IMG/VR virus record: IMGVR_UViG_3300032770_000004
Location: 47,375-79,374 of that record
Source: a virus
Strand: one strand, 5' to 3'
Length of the DNA stretch: 32,000 bases
Positions within the stretch are counted from its first letter, which is position 1. Each line of letters opens with the position of its first letter. Shown here piece after piece: positions 1-6,437 of the stretch. A program made the translations under genes and the position numbers. The notes beneath the pieces were generated by a model. The model did not search any database and had not been told where the DNA came from. It saw only the letters and a program-made list of their open reading frames with translations.

Positions 1-1
1 G

Positions 2-151
2 CGTCGAGCTGCTAGAAAGCTTTCTGATGAACAAGTCGCCCAGCTCCGGACAGATCGCGTGAATGGTATGACTTATAACCAGCTTGTTGAAAAGTACGAC
101 ACCTGTAAATCGAACGTATCCTACATCGTTCGGGGCTTGACATGTAAGTAG
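2..151 (+). CDS. 3' end of a gene entering from the left edge; helix-turn-helix-like C-terminal tail
   Basis: Frame 2 is open from the window edge to TAG 149-151. The translation RRAARKLSDEQVAQLRTDRVNGMTYNQLVEKYDTCKSNVSYIVRGLTCK resembles HTH tails of phage homing-endonuclease or resolvase-type DNA binders. Confidence 0.45.
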   Translation, partial: RRAARKLSDEQVAQLRTDRVNGMTYNQLVEKYDTCKSNVSYIVRGLTCK

Positions 152-164
152 GATGTGGTAATCT
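137..164 (+). promoter_or_regulatory. sigma70-type promoter ending 6 nt before a tRNA 5' end
   Basis: TTGACA 137-142, 16-nt spacer, TGg-TAATCT 156-164. The tRNA acceptor stem begins at 171. Confidence 0.55.
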
Positions 165-170
165 TATTGT

Positions 171-245
171 TGCGCGGTGGAGCAGTCTGGTAGCTCGTGA
201 GGCTCATAACCTCAAGGTCGCGGGTTCAAATCCCTGCTCGCGCAT
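171..245 (+). tRNA. tRNA with CAU anticodon (Met, or Ile2 if lysidinylated)
   Basis: Hand fold: acceptor TGCGCGG/TCGCGCA, D stem GAGC/GCTC, anticodon stem TGAGG/CCTCA with loop CTCATAA, T arm GCGGG-TTCAAAT(C)-CCTGC. The T region has one extra nucleotide, so the ends are +/-1. Confidence 0.75.
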
Positions 246-258
246 TTGAAGTACCTGG

Positions 259-289
259 GGTTGTCATTAGTTAAGGGAGTTTCCCGGCC
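259..289 (+). repeat. 31-nt intergenic repeat, copy A (GGTTGTCATTAGTTAAGGGAGTTTCCCGGCC)
   Basis: Matches 1016-1046 at 29/31 positions. The two differences sit opposite each other in a GGGN-GTT-NCCC hairpin. Confidence 0.85.
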
Positions 290-300
290 CCAGTTTAAAT

Positions 301-372
301 GCGTCCTTGGCAGAATGGTTATGCACAACGTTGCCAACGTTGACTAAGTGGGATCGTGCCCCACAGGCCGCG
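301..372 (+). tRNA. tRNA-Gly (GCC), atypical T loop
   Basis: Acceptor GCGTCCT/AGGCCGC with one mismatch, anticodon stem CAACG/CGTTG with loop TTGCCAA, T stem GTGGG/CCCAC with non-canonical loop ATCGTGC, 3-bp D stem. Confidence 0.6.
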
Positions 373-375
373 CTG

Positions 376-783
376 ATGGAGTCGAAAGTCTGTTCTAAGT
401 GTCTAACTACGCAACCGGTAGATGCTTTTCACAAAAAGAACGGTAAAGCTCGTGATTGGTGCAAGAAGTGCTGTTCTGCTTATCATAGAGAACATTACAA
501 AAAGAATAAGGCCAAGTACGTCTCGGCTGCACTTCAACAAAGAGAAGATTTGAGGGCATTTATAGATTCTTTGAAAGATTTTCCGTGCGTCGATTGCGGT
601 AAGAAATGGCCTCCAGAAGCGATGGACTTCGATCATGTGTCTGGAACGAAAGTAAAGGATATAGCTAGTATGGTTCGGTTTGGAAGCCGAACAGCGATCG
701 AAGAAGAAGTTAAGAAGTGCGAATTGGTTTGTGCTTGCTGTCATAGAATCAGAACCAAGGCGAGATTGGCGGGTATGGCGTAG
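376..783 (+). CDS. HNH homing endonuclease, copy 1 (N-terminal Cys pairs plus C-terminal His-Me finger)
   Basis: The ORF-track start at 307 reads through the tRNA, so I use the first ATG after it (376). Motifs: CSKC...WCKKC, then CVDCG...FDHV...CACCHRIRT. Paralogous to 1169-1687. The stop TAG 781-783 lies inside the next tRNA. Confidence 0.85.
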   Translation: MESKVCSKCLTTQPVDAFHKKNGKARDWCKKCCSAYHREHYKKNKAKYVSAALQQREDLRAFIDSLKDFPCVDCGKKWPPEAMDFDHVSGTKVKDIASMVRFGSRTAIEEEVKKCELVCACCHRIRTKARLAGMA

Positions 784-839
784 AGGAAACGCGACGGGCT
801 TCCAACCCGTAGTCGAGATTTCAAAATTCTCTACCCGCT
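769..839 (+). tRNA. tRNA-Gly (UCC)
   Basis: Perfect acceptor GCGGGTA/TACCCGC, D stem GCGT/ACGC, anticodon stem ACGGG/CCCGT with loop CTTCCAA, T loop TTCAAAA. Confidence 0.85.
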
Positions 840-852
840 CTGAAGTGCAAGG

Positions 853-927
853 ATCTTCATGAAAAACTGCTGATCGCAGAGTAATGAAGATAGCCCCAGT
901 CAGTAGCGATCAGATACGTTGACTGGG
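853..927 (+). other. two back-to-back 8-bp hairpins between tRNAs
   Basis: ATCTTCAT 853-860 pairs with ATGAAGAT 884-891. CCCAGTCA 895-902 pairs with TGACTGGG 920-927. Both loops contain a GATC-centred element. No tRNA fold fits. Confidence 0.6.
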
Positions 928-933
928 TATTAT

Positions 934-1005
934 AGGCCGTAAGTGTTACGGTAGCACGGGAGCCTCCAAAACTCCACAGAGAGGGTTCAATTCCTTCACG
1001 GCCTG
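934..1005 (+). tRNA. tRNA-Trp (CCA)
   Basis: Perfect acceptor AGGCCGT/ACGGCCT, D stem GTGT/GCAC, anticodon loop CTCCAAA, T arm GAGGG-TTCAATT-CCTTC, discriminator G. Confidence 0.85.
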
Positions 1006-1015
1006 CTCCTCAGTT

Positions 1016-1046
1016 GGTTGTCATTAGTTAAGGGCGTTGCCCGGCC
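1016..1046 (+). repeat. 31-nt intergenic repeat, copy B (GGTTGTCATTAGTTAAGGGCGTTGCCCGGCC)
   Basis: See copy A at 259-289. As in copy A, it sits just upstream of a tRNA that is followed by an HNH gene. Confidence 0.85.
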
Positions 1047-1071
1047 TTCTGGGGAATTGTATTTGGTGTAT

Positions 1072-1144
1072 TCCGAGGTCGTCCAATTGGTAGGACACTC
1101 CGCTGTTAACGGAGAGAGTGTTGGTTCGAATCCAACTCTCGGAG
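1072..1144 (+). tRNA. tRNA-Asn (GUU), canonical type I
   Basis: Acceptor TCCGAGG/TCTCGGA, D stem GTCC/GGAC, anticodon stem CTCCG/CGGAG with loop CTGTTAA, T arm GTTGG-TTCGAAT-CCAAC, discriminator G. Confidence 0.9.
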
Positions 1145-1153
1145 TTTCGAACT

Positions 1154-1160
1154 GTAATCT
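1154..1160 (+). promoter_or_regulatory. GTAATCT element 8 nt upstream of the HNH-2 ATG
   Basis: Member of the recurrent (G)TAATCT family described in the findings. Confidence 0.4.
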
Positions 1161-1168
1161 TGTTGAGC

Positions 1169-1687
1169 ATGAAAACATGTTCCAAGTGCGGATCGGAGAA
1201 ACCCGAAGATCAGTTTCATTTAGCAGGGAATGGACGCAGACATACGTGGTGTAAGCCATGCCACAATGCCGTCACGCGCGAGCACTATCAAAAGAACAAA
1301 GGGAAATATCGCGAGAAGTCCTATCGAAATGGCAATAGGTATCGTCAAGAACGCCGAGAGTGGATTGCAGAATACAAAGCGACACACCCCTGCGCAGATT
1401 GCGGTCAGCAGTTTCATCCATACGCTATGGACTTGGATCGCGTGCGCGGAGAGAAGCATCTGGAGATCTCTGCTCTAGTAGGCGGCGGTTATAGCCGCGA
1501 AGCCATTGAAGCCGAGCTTGCAAAGTGTGATATAGTGTGCGCAATATGTCATCGAATGCGCACCTTCGAACGACGACACCGCCAGGTTGCGTCGAGTATT
1601 CCGTCGAGCTTGTTGGGCCGCACCGAACGCGCGATTGCGCGCGAGCGAATCAGCCCGAGACCTCGCGTGGAAGACGACGAGGGATGA
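1169..1687 (+). CDS. HNH homing endonuclease, copy 2
   Basis: The ORF-track start at 1118 lies inside tRNA-Asn, so I use the first ATG after the tRNA (1169). Motifs: CSKCG...WCKPC, then CADCG...DLDRV...CAICHRMRT. Paralog of 376-783. Confidence 0.85.
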   Translation: MKTCSKCGSEKPEDQFHLAGNGRRHTWCKPCHNAVTREHYQKNKGKYREKSYRNGNRYRQERREWIAEYKATHPCADCGQQFHPYAMDLDRVRGEKHLEISALVGGGYSREAIEAELAKCDIVCAICHRMRTFERRHRQVASSIPSSLLGRTERAIARERISPRPRVEDDEG

Positions 1688-1812
1688 ACTTCAATGTCGC
1701 CCCCACCGGCCAAGAAAGAAGAGGTCGGTCCGAAGCTCCTTAAGGCGGGGTGTTGTTCTTTAAGCGCTGATCGCAATCTCCATACACTAACCTACCTTTA
1801 CGGGAGACGTGT

Positions 1813-1995
1813 ATGGACGAGAACGAGACAATCAAAGAGAAGTTGAAGCGAATTGGCATCACTTGCGGGTGCTGTGGCTCTGACGAGCTGATCATGCGCT
1901 GGCGTTATGTCGGCTGCCTTGACTGTGGCCGTTGGACGTGGTACTTAGACCCTAAGGAAGGTTTTATACCATGGTCCTTTGCAAATGAAAAGTAA
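1813..1995 (+). CDS. small Cys-rich (zinc-ribbon-like) protein
   Basis: GGGAG lies upstream of ATG 1813. Motif: CGCCG...CLDCG. Confidence 0.6.
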   Translation: MDENETIKEKLKRIGITCGCCGSDELIMRWRYVGCLDCGRWTWYLDPKEGFIPWSFANEK

Positions 1996-2170
1996 GAAGC
2001 AACCCAAGTATTGGTATGTACACGTAATTGGAGAGTGTCCGATGTGTGGTAAGGATCAGAGCTATCGGCAGAGACGCTTTACGCCTAGACCCAACAATCC
2101 GTCTGATCGGGTCGAGTACATGTCTGAGGCGCTAGCCTATTGCGGTTGTATGGATCGGGAGTGGTACTAA
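1985..2170 (+). CDS. small zinc-ribbon-like protein
   Basis: The ORF-track start at 1979 is TTG; the first ATG is 1985. Motif: CPMCG...CGC. Overlaps its neighbours. Confidence 0.5.
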   Translation: MKSKKQPKYWYVHVIGECPMCGKDQSYRQRRFTPRPNNPSDRVEYMSEALAYCGCMDREWY

Positions 2171-2757
2171 TGTCAAAGCCAGTAGCCCTATTCGACCTAG
2201 ACGGCACACTAGCTGATTTTGACGGTGCCCTTGCTCGTGACCTACAGAGCATTACCAGTCCGTTCGAGAATCTTAAGGTCCAGGAGATTGCCAACCAAGA
2301 CGACAGGAATGATCCTCCTTGGCTCAAGGCACGCAAGAGCCTGATTAAGAAGCAACCTAACTGGTGGTTCAATCTTCAGCCGCTTCCGCTTGGTTTCAAG
2401 GTACTGGAGCTAGCTCGTAAGGTTGGCTTTCGTATTGTCATCTGCTCGCGTGGTCCTAAGCATAACGCCGATGCCTGGGCCCAGAAGGTTCTCTGGGTTC
2501 AAAAATACATTACTGGTCCACACAAGATCATCCTGGCCGACGAGAAGAACCTCGTGTATGGCCGCGTGCTGGTCGACGACTGGCCAGACTACGTAACACC
2601 CTGGCTTAACGCGCGCCCGCGTGGGAATGTCATCATGCCCGCCCATCGTTGGAATGAGAACTACACTCATGAACGTGTAGTCAAGTTGGCTACCGAAGCC
2701 GATTTGCCAGCGATAAGAATCATGCTAGAATCCCAGGTCAATAGGAACTCGAAATGA
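2170..2757 (+). CDS. 5'(3')-deoxyribonucleotidase-like HAD phosphatase (NT5C-type)
   Basis: N-terminal ALFDLDGTLADF (HAD DxDGT motif) and a late VLVDDWPDY motif. Start ATG 2170 overlaps the upstream TAA (TAATG). Confidence 0.7.
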   Translation: MSKPVALFDLDGTLADFDGALARDLQSITSPFENLKVQEIANQDDRNDPPWLKARKSLIKKQPNWWFNLQPLPLGFKVLELARKVGFRIVICSRGPKHNADAWAQKVLWVQKYITGPHKIILADEKNLVYGRVLVDDWPDYVTPWLNARPRGNVIMPAHRWNENYTHERVVKLATEADLPAIRIMLESQVNRNSK

Positions 2758-2939
2758 TTCTCAAAGAGCTAGGAGACGAACGGCATTTCGTACTTGTCAA
2801 TGACGAGCATCCTGTCCGTAGGCTCTATCAACGCAGCGGCGTGCATCCTATCTCCAAAGAGCTTGTTCGTGCTGTCGATTCGACTGGTGCGATCACCTAT
2901 TTTGATGACTCTGTAGAGATCATCTGGGTGCGGATATGA
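2754..2939 (+). CDS. hypothetical protein
   Basis: ORF track; ATGA overlap with the upstream gene. Confidence 0.6.
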   Translation: MILKELGDERHFVLVNDEHPVRRLYQRSGVHPISKELVRAVDSTGAITYFDDSVEIIWVRI

Positions 2940-3142
2940 TCCATTTCATTGAGATCTTCTACTTGGTATTGTCAGTGGCATGGATGATTTGCTTTATCTT
3001 GTCTGGCATTGCCAATGGTGGAGATGTCGGAGAGCCGTTCTTCTGGTTCGTGGTGATCGTACTTGGATTTCTCTGGCCCCTGTGGACAGTTCACCTTGTA
3101 TCCCGCGAAATTTGGTTTGTACTCAAAGACCTTAGACGATGA
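2936..3142 (+). CDS. small membrane protein (2 TM)
   Basis: ORF track; ATGA coupling; two long hydrophobic segments. Confidence 0.65.
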   Translation: MIHFIEIFYLVLSVAWMICFILSGIANGGDVGEPFFWFVVIVLGFLWPLWTVHLVSREIWFVLKDLRR

Positions 3143-3243
3143 CAATCTTTTTAAACGCTCTGATCCTCTTCGCTATTCTCACGATTGTCAATGGGTTTAC
3201 CGCTAGTGTAGTTGCTTTGATTGGCAGGATATGGAGAAAGTAG
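3139..3243 (+). CDS. 34-aa hydrophobic peptide
   Basis: Absent from the ORF track because it is under 60 aa. ATGA overlap with the upstream stop. Translation MTIFLNALILFAILTIVNGFTASVVALIGRIWRK. The next gene starts 1 nt after its stop. Confidence 0.45.
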   Translation: MTIFLNALILFAILTIVNGFTASVVALIGRIWRK

Positions 3244-3244
3244 G

Positions 3245-3538
3245 ATGATCTACGGCTACAAGCTCTTCAGGGTCAAGAAGGACGGCACGCTTACCAGCTT
3301 GTTCATCAACAAGAAGGTGGCCCTGGCTGTCGGTAAGTGGCTCAAGGCACGTCCGTACAGAACTCCTGGATTCGCCTTTCGTCCTGGCTGGCATGCCACC
3401 ACTAGGCCGCACGCTCCCCATTTGACAACTAAGGGTCGAGTGTGGAAGAAAGTAGCTCTGAAGGGCGTAAAGAAGTTCTATCGGCCAGCTCATGAAGGTA
3501 GTGTGTGGTATCTGGCTACACAGATGAAGATCCTATGA
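3245..3538 (+). CDS. hypothetical basic protein
   Basis: GGAG lies 8 nt upstream of ATG 3245. The ORF-track start at 3221 would overlap the peptide gene. Confidence 0.65.
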   Translation: MIYGYKLFRVKKDGTLTSLFINKKVALAVGKWLKARPYRTPGFAFRPGWHATTRPHAPHLTTKGRVWKKVALKGVKKFYRPAHEGSVWYLATQMKIL

Positions 3539-3723
3539 CAAACGATCAAGCCAAACCTTTGGTAGTTATTATCGTCTTGCTGTTCGTCCTTTGGTGGGGC
3601 ATCCCTATCGCAATGGAATTGCTGTGGGGACCTAGCCGAGAGGCCGCAGTCGCGTTCGCGGTCGGTTGGATCCACCTTGCTGTAATTGGCCCTTACATTC
3701 TCTCTAGGATTCATTCCAAATGA
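3535..3723 (+). CDS. small membrane protein
   Basis: ATGA overlap at 3535; two hydrophobic helices. Confidence 0.6.
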   Translation: MTNDQAKPLVVIIVLLFVLWWGIPIAMELLWGPSREAAVAFAVGWIHLAVIGPYILSRIHSK

Positions 3724-3765
3724 CCGATGTTTCCACTCAGATATACGAGATCTTTCGAACTCGAT

Positions 3766-3794
3766 TTGACATCAACCTCGTTACGTGATACGGT
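3766..3794 (+). promoter_or_regulatory. sigma70-type promoter, predicted leaderless
   Basis: TTGACA 3766-3771, 17-nt spacer ending in TGa, TACGGT 3789-3794, then 6 nt to ATG 3801. Confidence 0.55.
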
Positions 3795-3800
3795 ATCGTC

Positions 3801-3971
3801 ATGGACAATCAAACCAAGTCGATTGAAGTGAGTTCTGGCGGTCTTGGCATCGGTTCTGTCATCGCTGCCATCCTTTCGTGGACGACCAACCACTCGGTTC
3901 TGTGGTGTATTCTCCATACCCTGCTCGGATGGCTCTACGTGGTTTTCTGGCTGTTCGTTCACAAGCTGTAG
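3801..3971 (+). CDS. 56-aa membrane protein
   Basis: Absent from the ORF track. Translation MDNQTKSIEVSSGGLGIGSVIAAILSWTTNHSVLWCILHTLLGWLYVVFWLFVHKL. Has its own promoter. Confidence 0.6.
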   Translation: MDNQTKSIEVSSGGLGIGSVIAAILSWTTNHSVLWCILHTLLGWLYVVFWLFVHKL

Positions 3972-3979
3972 GAGAACCT

Positions 3980-4186
3980 GTGGACCCGTCTGACGCCATC
4001 TGCGTACTGGTCATTCACGAAGGTGAAGCTCATAGCGCCGAAGAGGCGTTGCGTTTGGCCAACAAGCTCTTACAAGACAGAAAGGATGAGATCGCCCACC
4101 TGGAAGTAGTGACCAGATACGTCTACCGACCTATAGAACAAGTACGTTACCTTGTCAGAGCGACAAAGAGGGAGAAGAAAATATGA
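3980..4186 (+). CDS. hypothetical protein
   Basis: GTG 3980 is preceded by AGGAG, directly after the stop of the previous gene. The ORF-track start at 3878 would overlap that gene. Confidence 0.5.
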   Translation: MDPSDAICVLVIHEGEAHSAEEALRLANKLLQDRKDEIAHLEVVTRYVYRPIEQVRYLVRATKREKKI

Positions 4187-4353
4187 AGAAGCGCCCCATA
4201 GTCATCAATCTCCAGGCCGAAATCCTGGCCAGGGTTCTTCAACTTGGCGGAAAGTCGATGGTTGCTGATGGTATCGTCACAGTCGAGATGCCCGATGGCA
4301 ACGTCTGGGATTTTACGTTGCCACAGGTTGTCCAGAAAGGTCTGAGCAACTAA
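4183..4353 (+). CDS. 56-aa hypothetical protein
   Basis: Absent from the ORF track. ATGA overlap, GGGAG upstream. Translation MKKRPIVINLQAEILARVLQLGGKSMVADGIVTVEMPDGNVWDFTLPQVVQKGLSN. Confidence 0.55.
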   Translation: MKKRPIVINLQAEILARVLQLGGKSMVADGIVTVEMPDGNVWDFTLPQVVQKGLSN

Positions 4354-4355
4354 AG

Positions 4356-4361
4356 TAAACT
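4356..4361 (+). promoter_or_regulatory. -10-like TAAACT 6 nt upstream of a tRNA 5' end
   Basis: Same geometry as TAATCT before the tRNA at 171. No convincing -35 element. Confidence 0.35.
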
Positions 4362-4367
4362 GTTGTC

Positions 4368-4451
4368 GTATCGTTGGCATGTCTGGTGATTGCGCCCGCC
4401 TGTTAAGCGGTGAGCGAAAGCTCTAGGAGGGTTCGATCCCCTCACGATACG
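4368..4451 (+). tRNA. 84-nt type-II-shaped tRNA with GUU (Asn) anticodon
   Basis: Perfect acceptor GTATCGT/ACGATAC, 3-bp D stem with 11-nt loop, anticodon stem CCGC/GCGG with loop CTGTTAA, variable arm GAGC-GAAA-GCTC, T arm GAGGG-TTCGATC-CCCTC, discriminator G. Confidence 0.7.
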
Positions 4452-4463
4452 AGGAGAAGAACA

Positions 4464-4817
4464 ATGAACGGCTGTTTGACAGAAGAAGAGTACAAGAACA
4501 TTCAGATCGGAGACGAGTTTGAGATTCTTTATGATGGTTGGGGATATGGATGGGAACCGGGAACCGTCTTTGTGGTGTTTGAATTCCATCCAACGGAGCG
4601 TACTCCTAGAATTCGTAGTTTGAGTTCCAACAGTATTGGAGCATTGGCCAAGACTACAGCCACGGAGGTTGATCCCCATTCTCACAAGCCATACATCAGG
4701 CGCATTGTCAGGAATGACATCGTTTTGATTGAGATCGATTCTGGCGGCCGTTTGACAACATGCTCGATTCCTGCTAAGGATTTTGACCCGAAGAAGCACA
4801 AGAAGTTTACATTCTGA
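4464..4817 (+). CDS. hypothetical protein
   Basis: GAGGAG lies 7 nt upstream of ATG 4464. The ORF-track start at 4410 lies inside the tRNA. Confidence 0.7.
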   Translation: MNGCLTEEEYKNIQIGDEFEILYDGWGYGWEPGTVFVVFEFHPTERTPRIRSLSSNSIGALAKTTATEVDPHSHKPYIRRIVRNDIVLIEIDSGGRLTTCSIPAKDFDPKKHKKFTF

Positions 4818-4823
4818 GGCACG

Positions 4824-5210
4824 ATGAAACTGAACAAGACTGAAATCATGGAGAGACGCAAGCGCATTGAAACGATGCGCACAGAGCGCATGGCGCTATC
4901 CAAAAAACTGTGGGAAGGCATGGGTAAAGCTGCTAATGCCGGTGAGTCGCTGCGTGAGGTAGCTCGCGTACTTGAGGTCGAGGAAATCGAAAAGTATCGT
5001 AAAGAGAATGCGGCTGAATATGCCAAGGTGGAAGAGCTGCGTCGTGAAGAGCATACGCTTCAAGCCGAGATTAACGGCAGCACGACTGGCTGCGATCACC
5101 TTTATGACAACAAGACTTCGGCACTAAAAACTCGTGCTCTGTACGGCTCCGATCCTGATGACAAACCGGAAGTAATGTGTGATATTTGTGGTGAAAGATG
5201 GCCTGGATGA
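4824..5210 (+). CDS. hypothetical coiled-coil protein with C-terminal Cys pair
   Basis: GAGG SD; ORF track. Confidence 0.7.
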   Translation: MKLNKTEIMERRKRIETMRTERMALSKKLWEGMGKAANAGESLREVARVLEVEEIEKYRKENAAEYAKVEELRREEHTLQAEINGSTTGCDHLYDNKTSALKTRALYGSDPDDKPEVMCDICGERWPG

Positions 5211-5626
5211 ACATGGGCAATACGTGCCCGCATGGTGTGAAGTACGGCGTCAAGAATCCGAAGACTTACAGGGTTGATGGGCGCTGTGAGATCTGCTCTT
5301 CTTTGGAGTTTCGGAAGGATCAGTCTGAGCACTGGTCAAACGAAGACTTGTTCCAGAGATTCCACCCACTTTTCAAAACCGACCTTTCTGAGGGCCCTGT
5401 TAATGCCATCGAGAAGATTCGCGCACTACTCGACGAGGCTCGCGGACAATGTTCTGACATGAAACATAGCTACTCTGGCTGGGGTCAACAACTCCAGGAT
5501 GTCGAAGGACTGTTGACATGCGGCCTCATTTGTCTGTACCGTGTCTTGCAAGAAATGCAGGAAGTCAAAGATAGACAAGAGAAACAGGCACGTGGCGACG
5601 AGATTTCTAAGGTAGTCGTTCGTTAA
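5207..5626 (+). CDS. hypothetical Cys-containing protein
   Basis: ATGA overlap at 5207; the ORF track starts at 5198. Confidence 0.65.
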   Translation: MNMGNTCPHGVKYGVKNPKTYRVDGRCEICSSLEFRKDQSEHWSNEDLFQRFHPLFKTDLSEGPVNAIEKIRALLDEARGQCSDMKHSYSGWGQQLQDVEGLLTCGLICLYRVLQEMQEVKDRQEKQARGDEISKVVVR

Positions 5627-5634
5627 GGATTCAC

Positions 5635-5862
5635 ATGACTCAAGAAGAAAGGCACGCCTGCAATCGATATGTCACAGCGTTGGCAGAATTCGAAGCTGCT
5701 TGCAAGGAGCTGAAGGATACATTCGATCCCAAGTTCAAGGAGCTGTATAGCGCCGGTATGTTCAGGGAGGCCAAGGACTACGTCGAGCAGATGCCCGTTA
5801 CCTCCGTCGAGCGTACGATTTTGTTGGCTACTCTTATGGGAGTGATGAGGAAACATGGATAA
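5635..5862 (+). CDS. hypothetical protein
   Basis: AAGGA SD; ORF track. Confidence 0.65.
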   Translation: MTQEERHACNRYVTALAEFEAACKELKDTFDPKFKELYSAGMFREAKDYVEQMPVTSVERTILLATLMGVMRKHG

Positions 5863-6262
5863 CGCACTTAAGGGCTGGAAGTATTTTCGCAAGCACTTTC
5901 CAAGTCTTACCGGCTATGATGGCATGATTATCCTAGAACAGATTAGCTGTACGACTCTGATCTCAGGAATGTATCGTGGCGCCAAGAGCGATCTACTGGT
6001 AAAGACGAGAAAGCATCGTATTCTAAGGGAAATCGAACATAGAGGTATTAAGCCTACCGAAGATCTCTTCTTGGCTGAAGTACATAATGAGACTATCGAA
6101 AGCCTCGATCATATCGCCGGTTTCCCCTATATCACTGACGTAACCCTCAAGCACTTCTGGGGCTGGGATCCGCTAGAGGATTACAAGCCGCTTCAGGATG
6201 GATACAATCACGATCCCAGGATCCAGAAGCTCTTCAAGAAGAGGAAGAAGAATGGCCACTGA
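5855..6262 (+). CDS. hypothetical protein
   Basis: GAGGA SD; ORF track. Confidence 0.65.
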   Translation: MDNALKGWKYFRKHFPSLTGYDGMIILEQISCTTLISGMYRGAKSDLLVKTRKHRILREIEHRGIKPTEDLFLAEVHNETIESLDHIAGFPYITDVTLKHFWGWDPLEDYKPLQDGYNHDPRIQKLFKKRKKNGH

Positions 6263-6437
6263 AATCCTCCCGCCCGATCTCCAGACTGCTCTTGCCGAAC
6301 GTAAGCGGCTGCTTAGCATGTGCGTGAAGGAGTTTCTCTACACGACTTTTGATGCTGCGATGGCCGAACTAGCTGCCTGGGATCGCTCACATCCTGATGT
6401 GGTACAATATCTCAAAGAGCGGGCCACGAAGAAATGA
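6252..6437 (+). CDS. hypothetical protein
   Basis: Internal ATG 6252 is preceded by a purine-rich AGAGGAAGAAGA stretch. The ORF-track start at 6198 would overlap by 65 nt. Confidence 0.5.
   Translation: MATEILPPDLQTALAERKRLLSMCVKEFLYTTFDAAMAELAAWDRSHPDVVQYLKERATKK

Noticed and set aside
307-375. The ORF-track N-terminal extensions of the HNH genes (307-375 and 1118-1168) and of the 4410 ORF (4410-4463).
   Set aside because: These stretches coincide with well-folding tRNAs. An in-frame ATG with sensible context lies just downstream of each tRNA.
1688-1812. The intergenic stretch after HNH-2, considered as a terminator or an extra tRNA.
   Set aside because: It contains only an imperfect stem (ACCGGCC/GGTCGGT) without a T-run, and no cloverleaf can be drawn.
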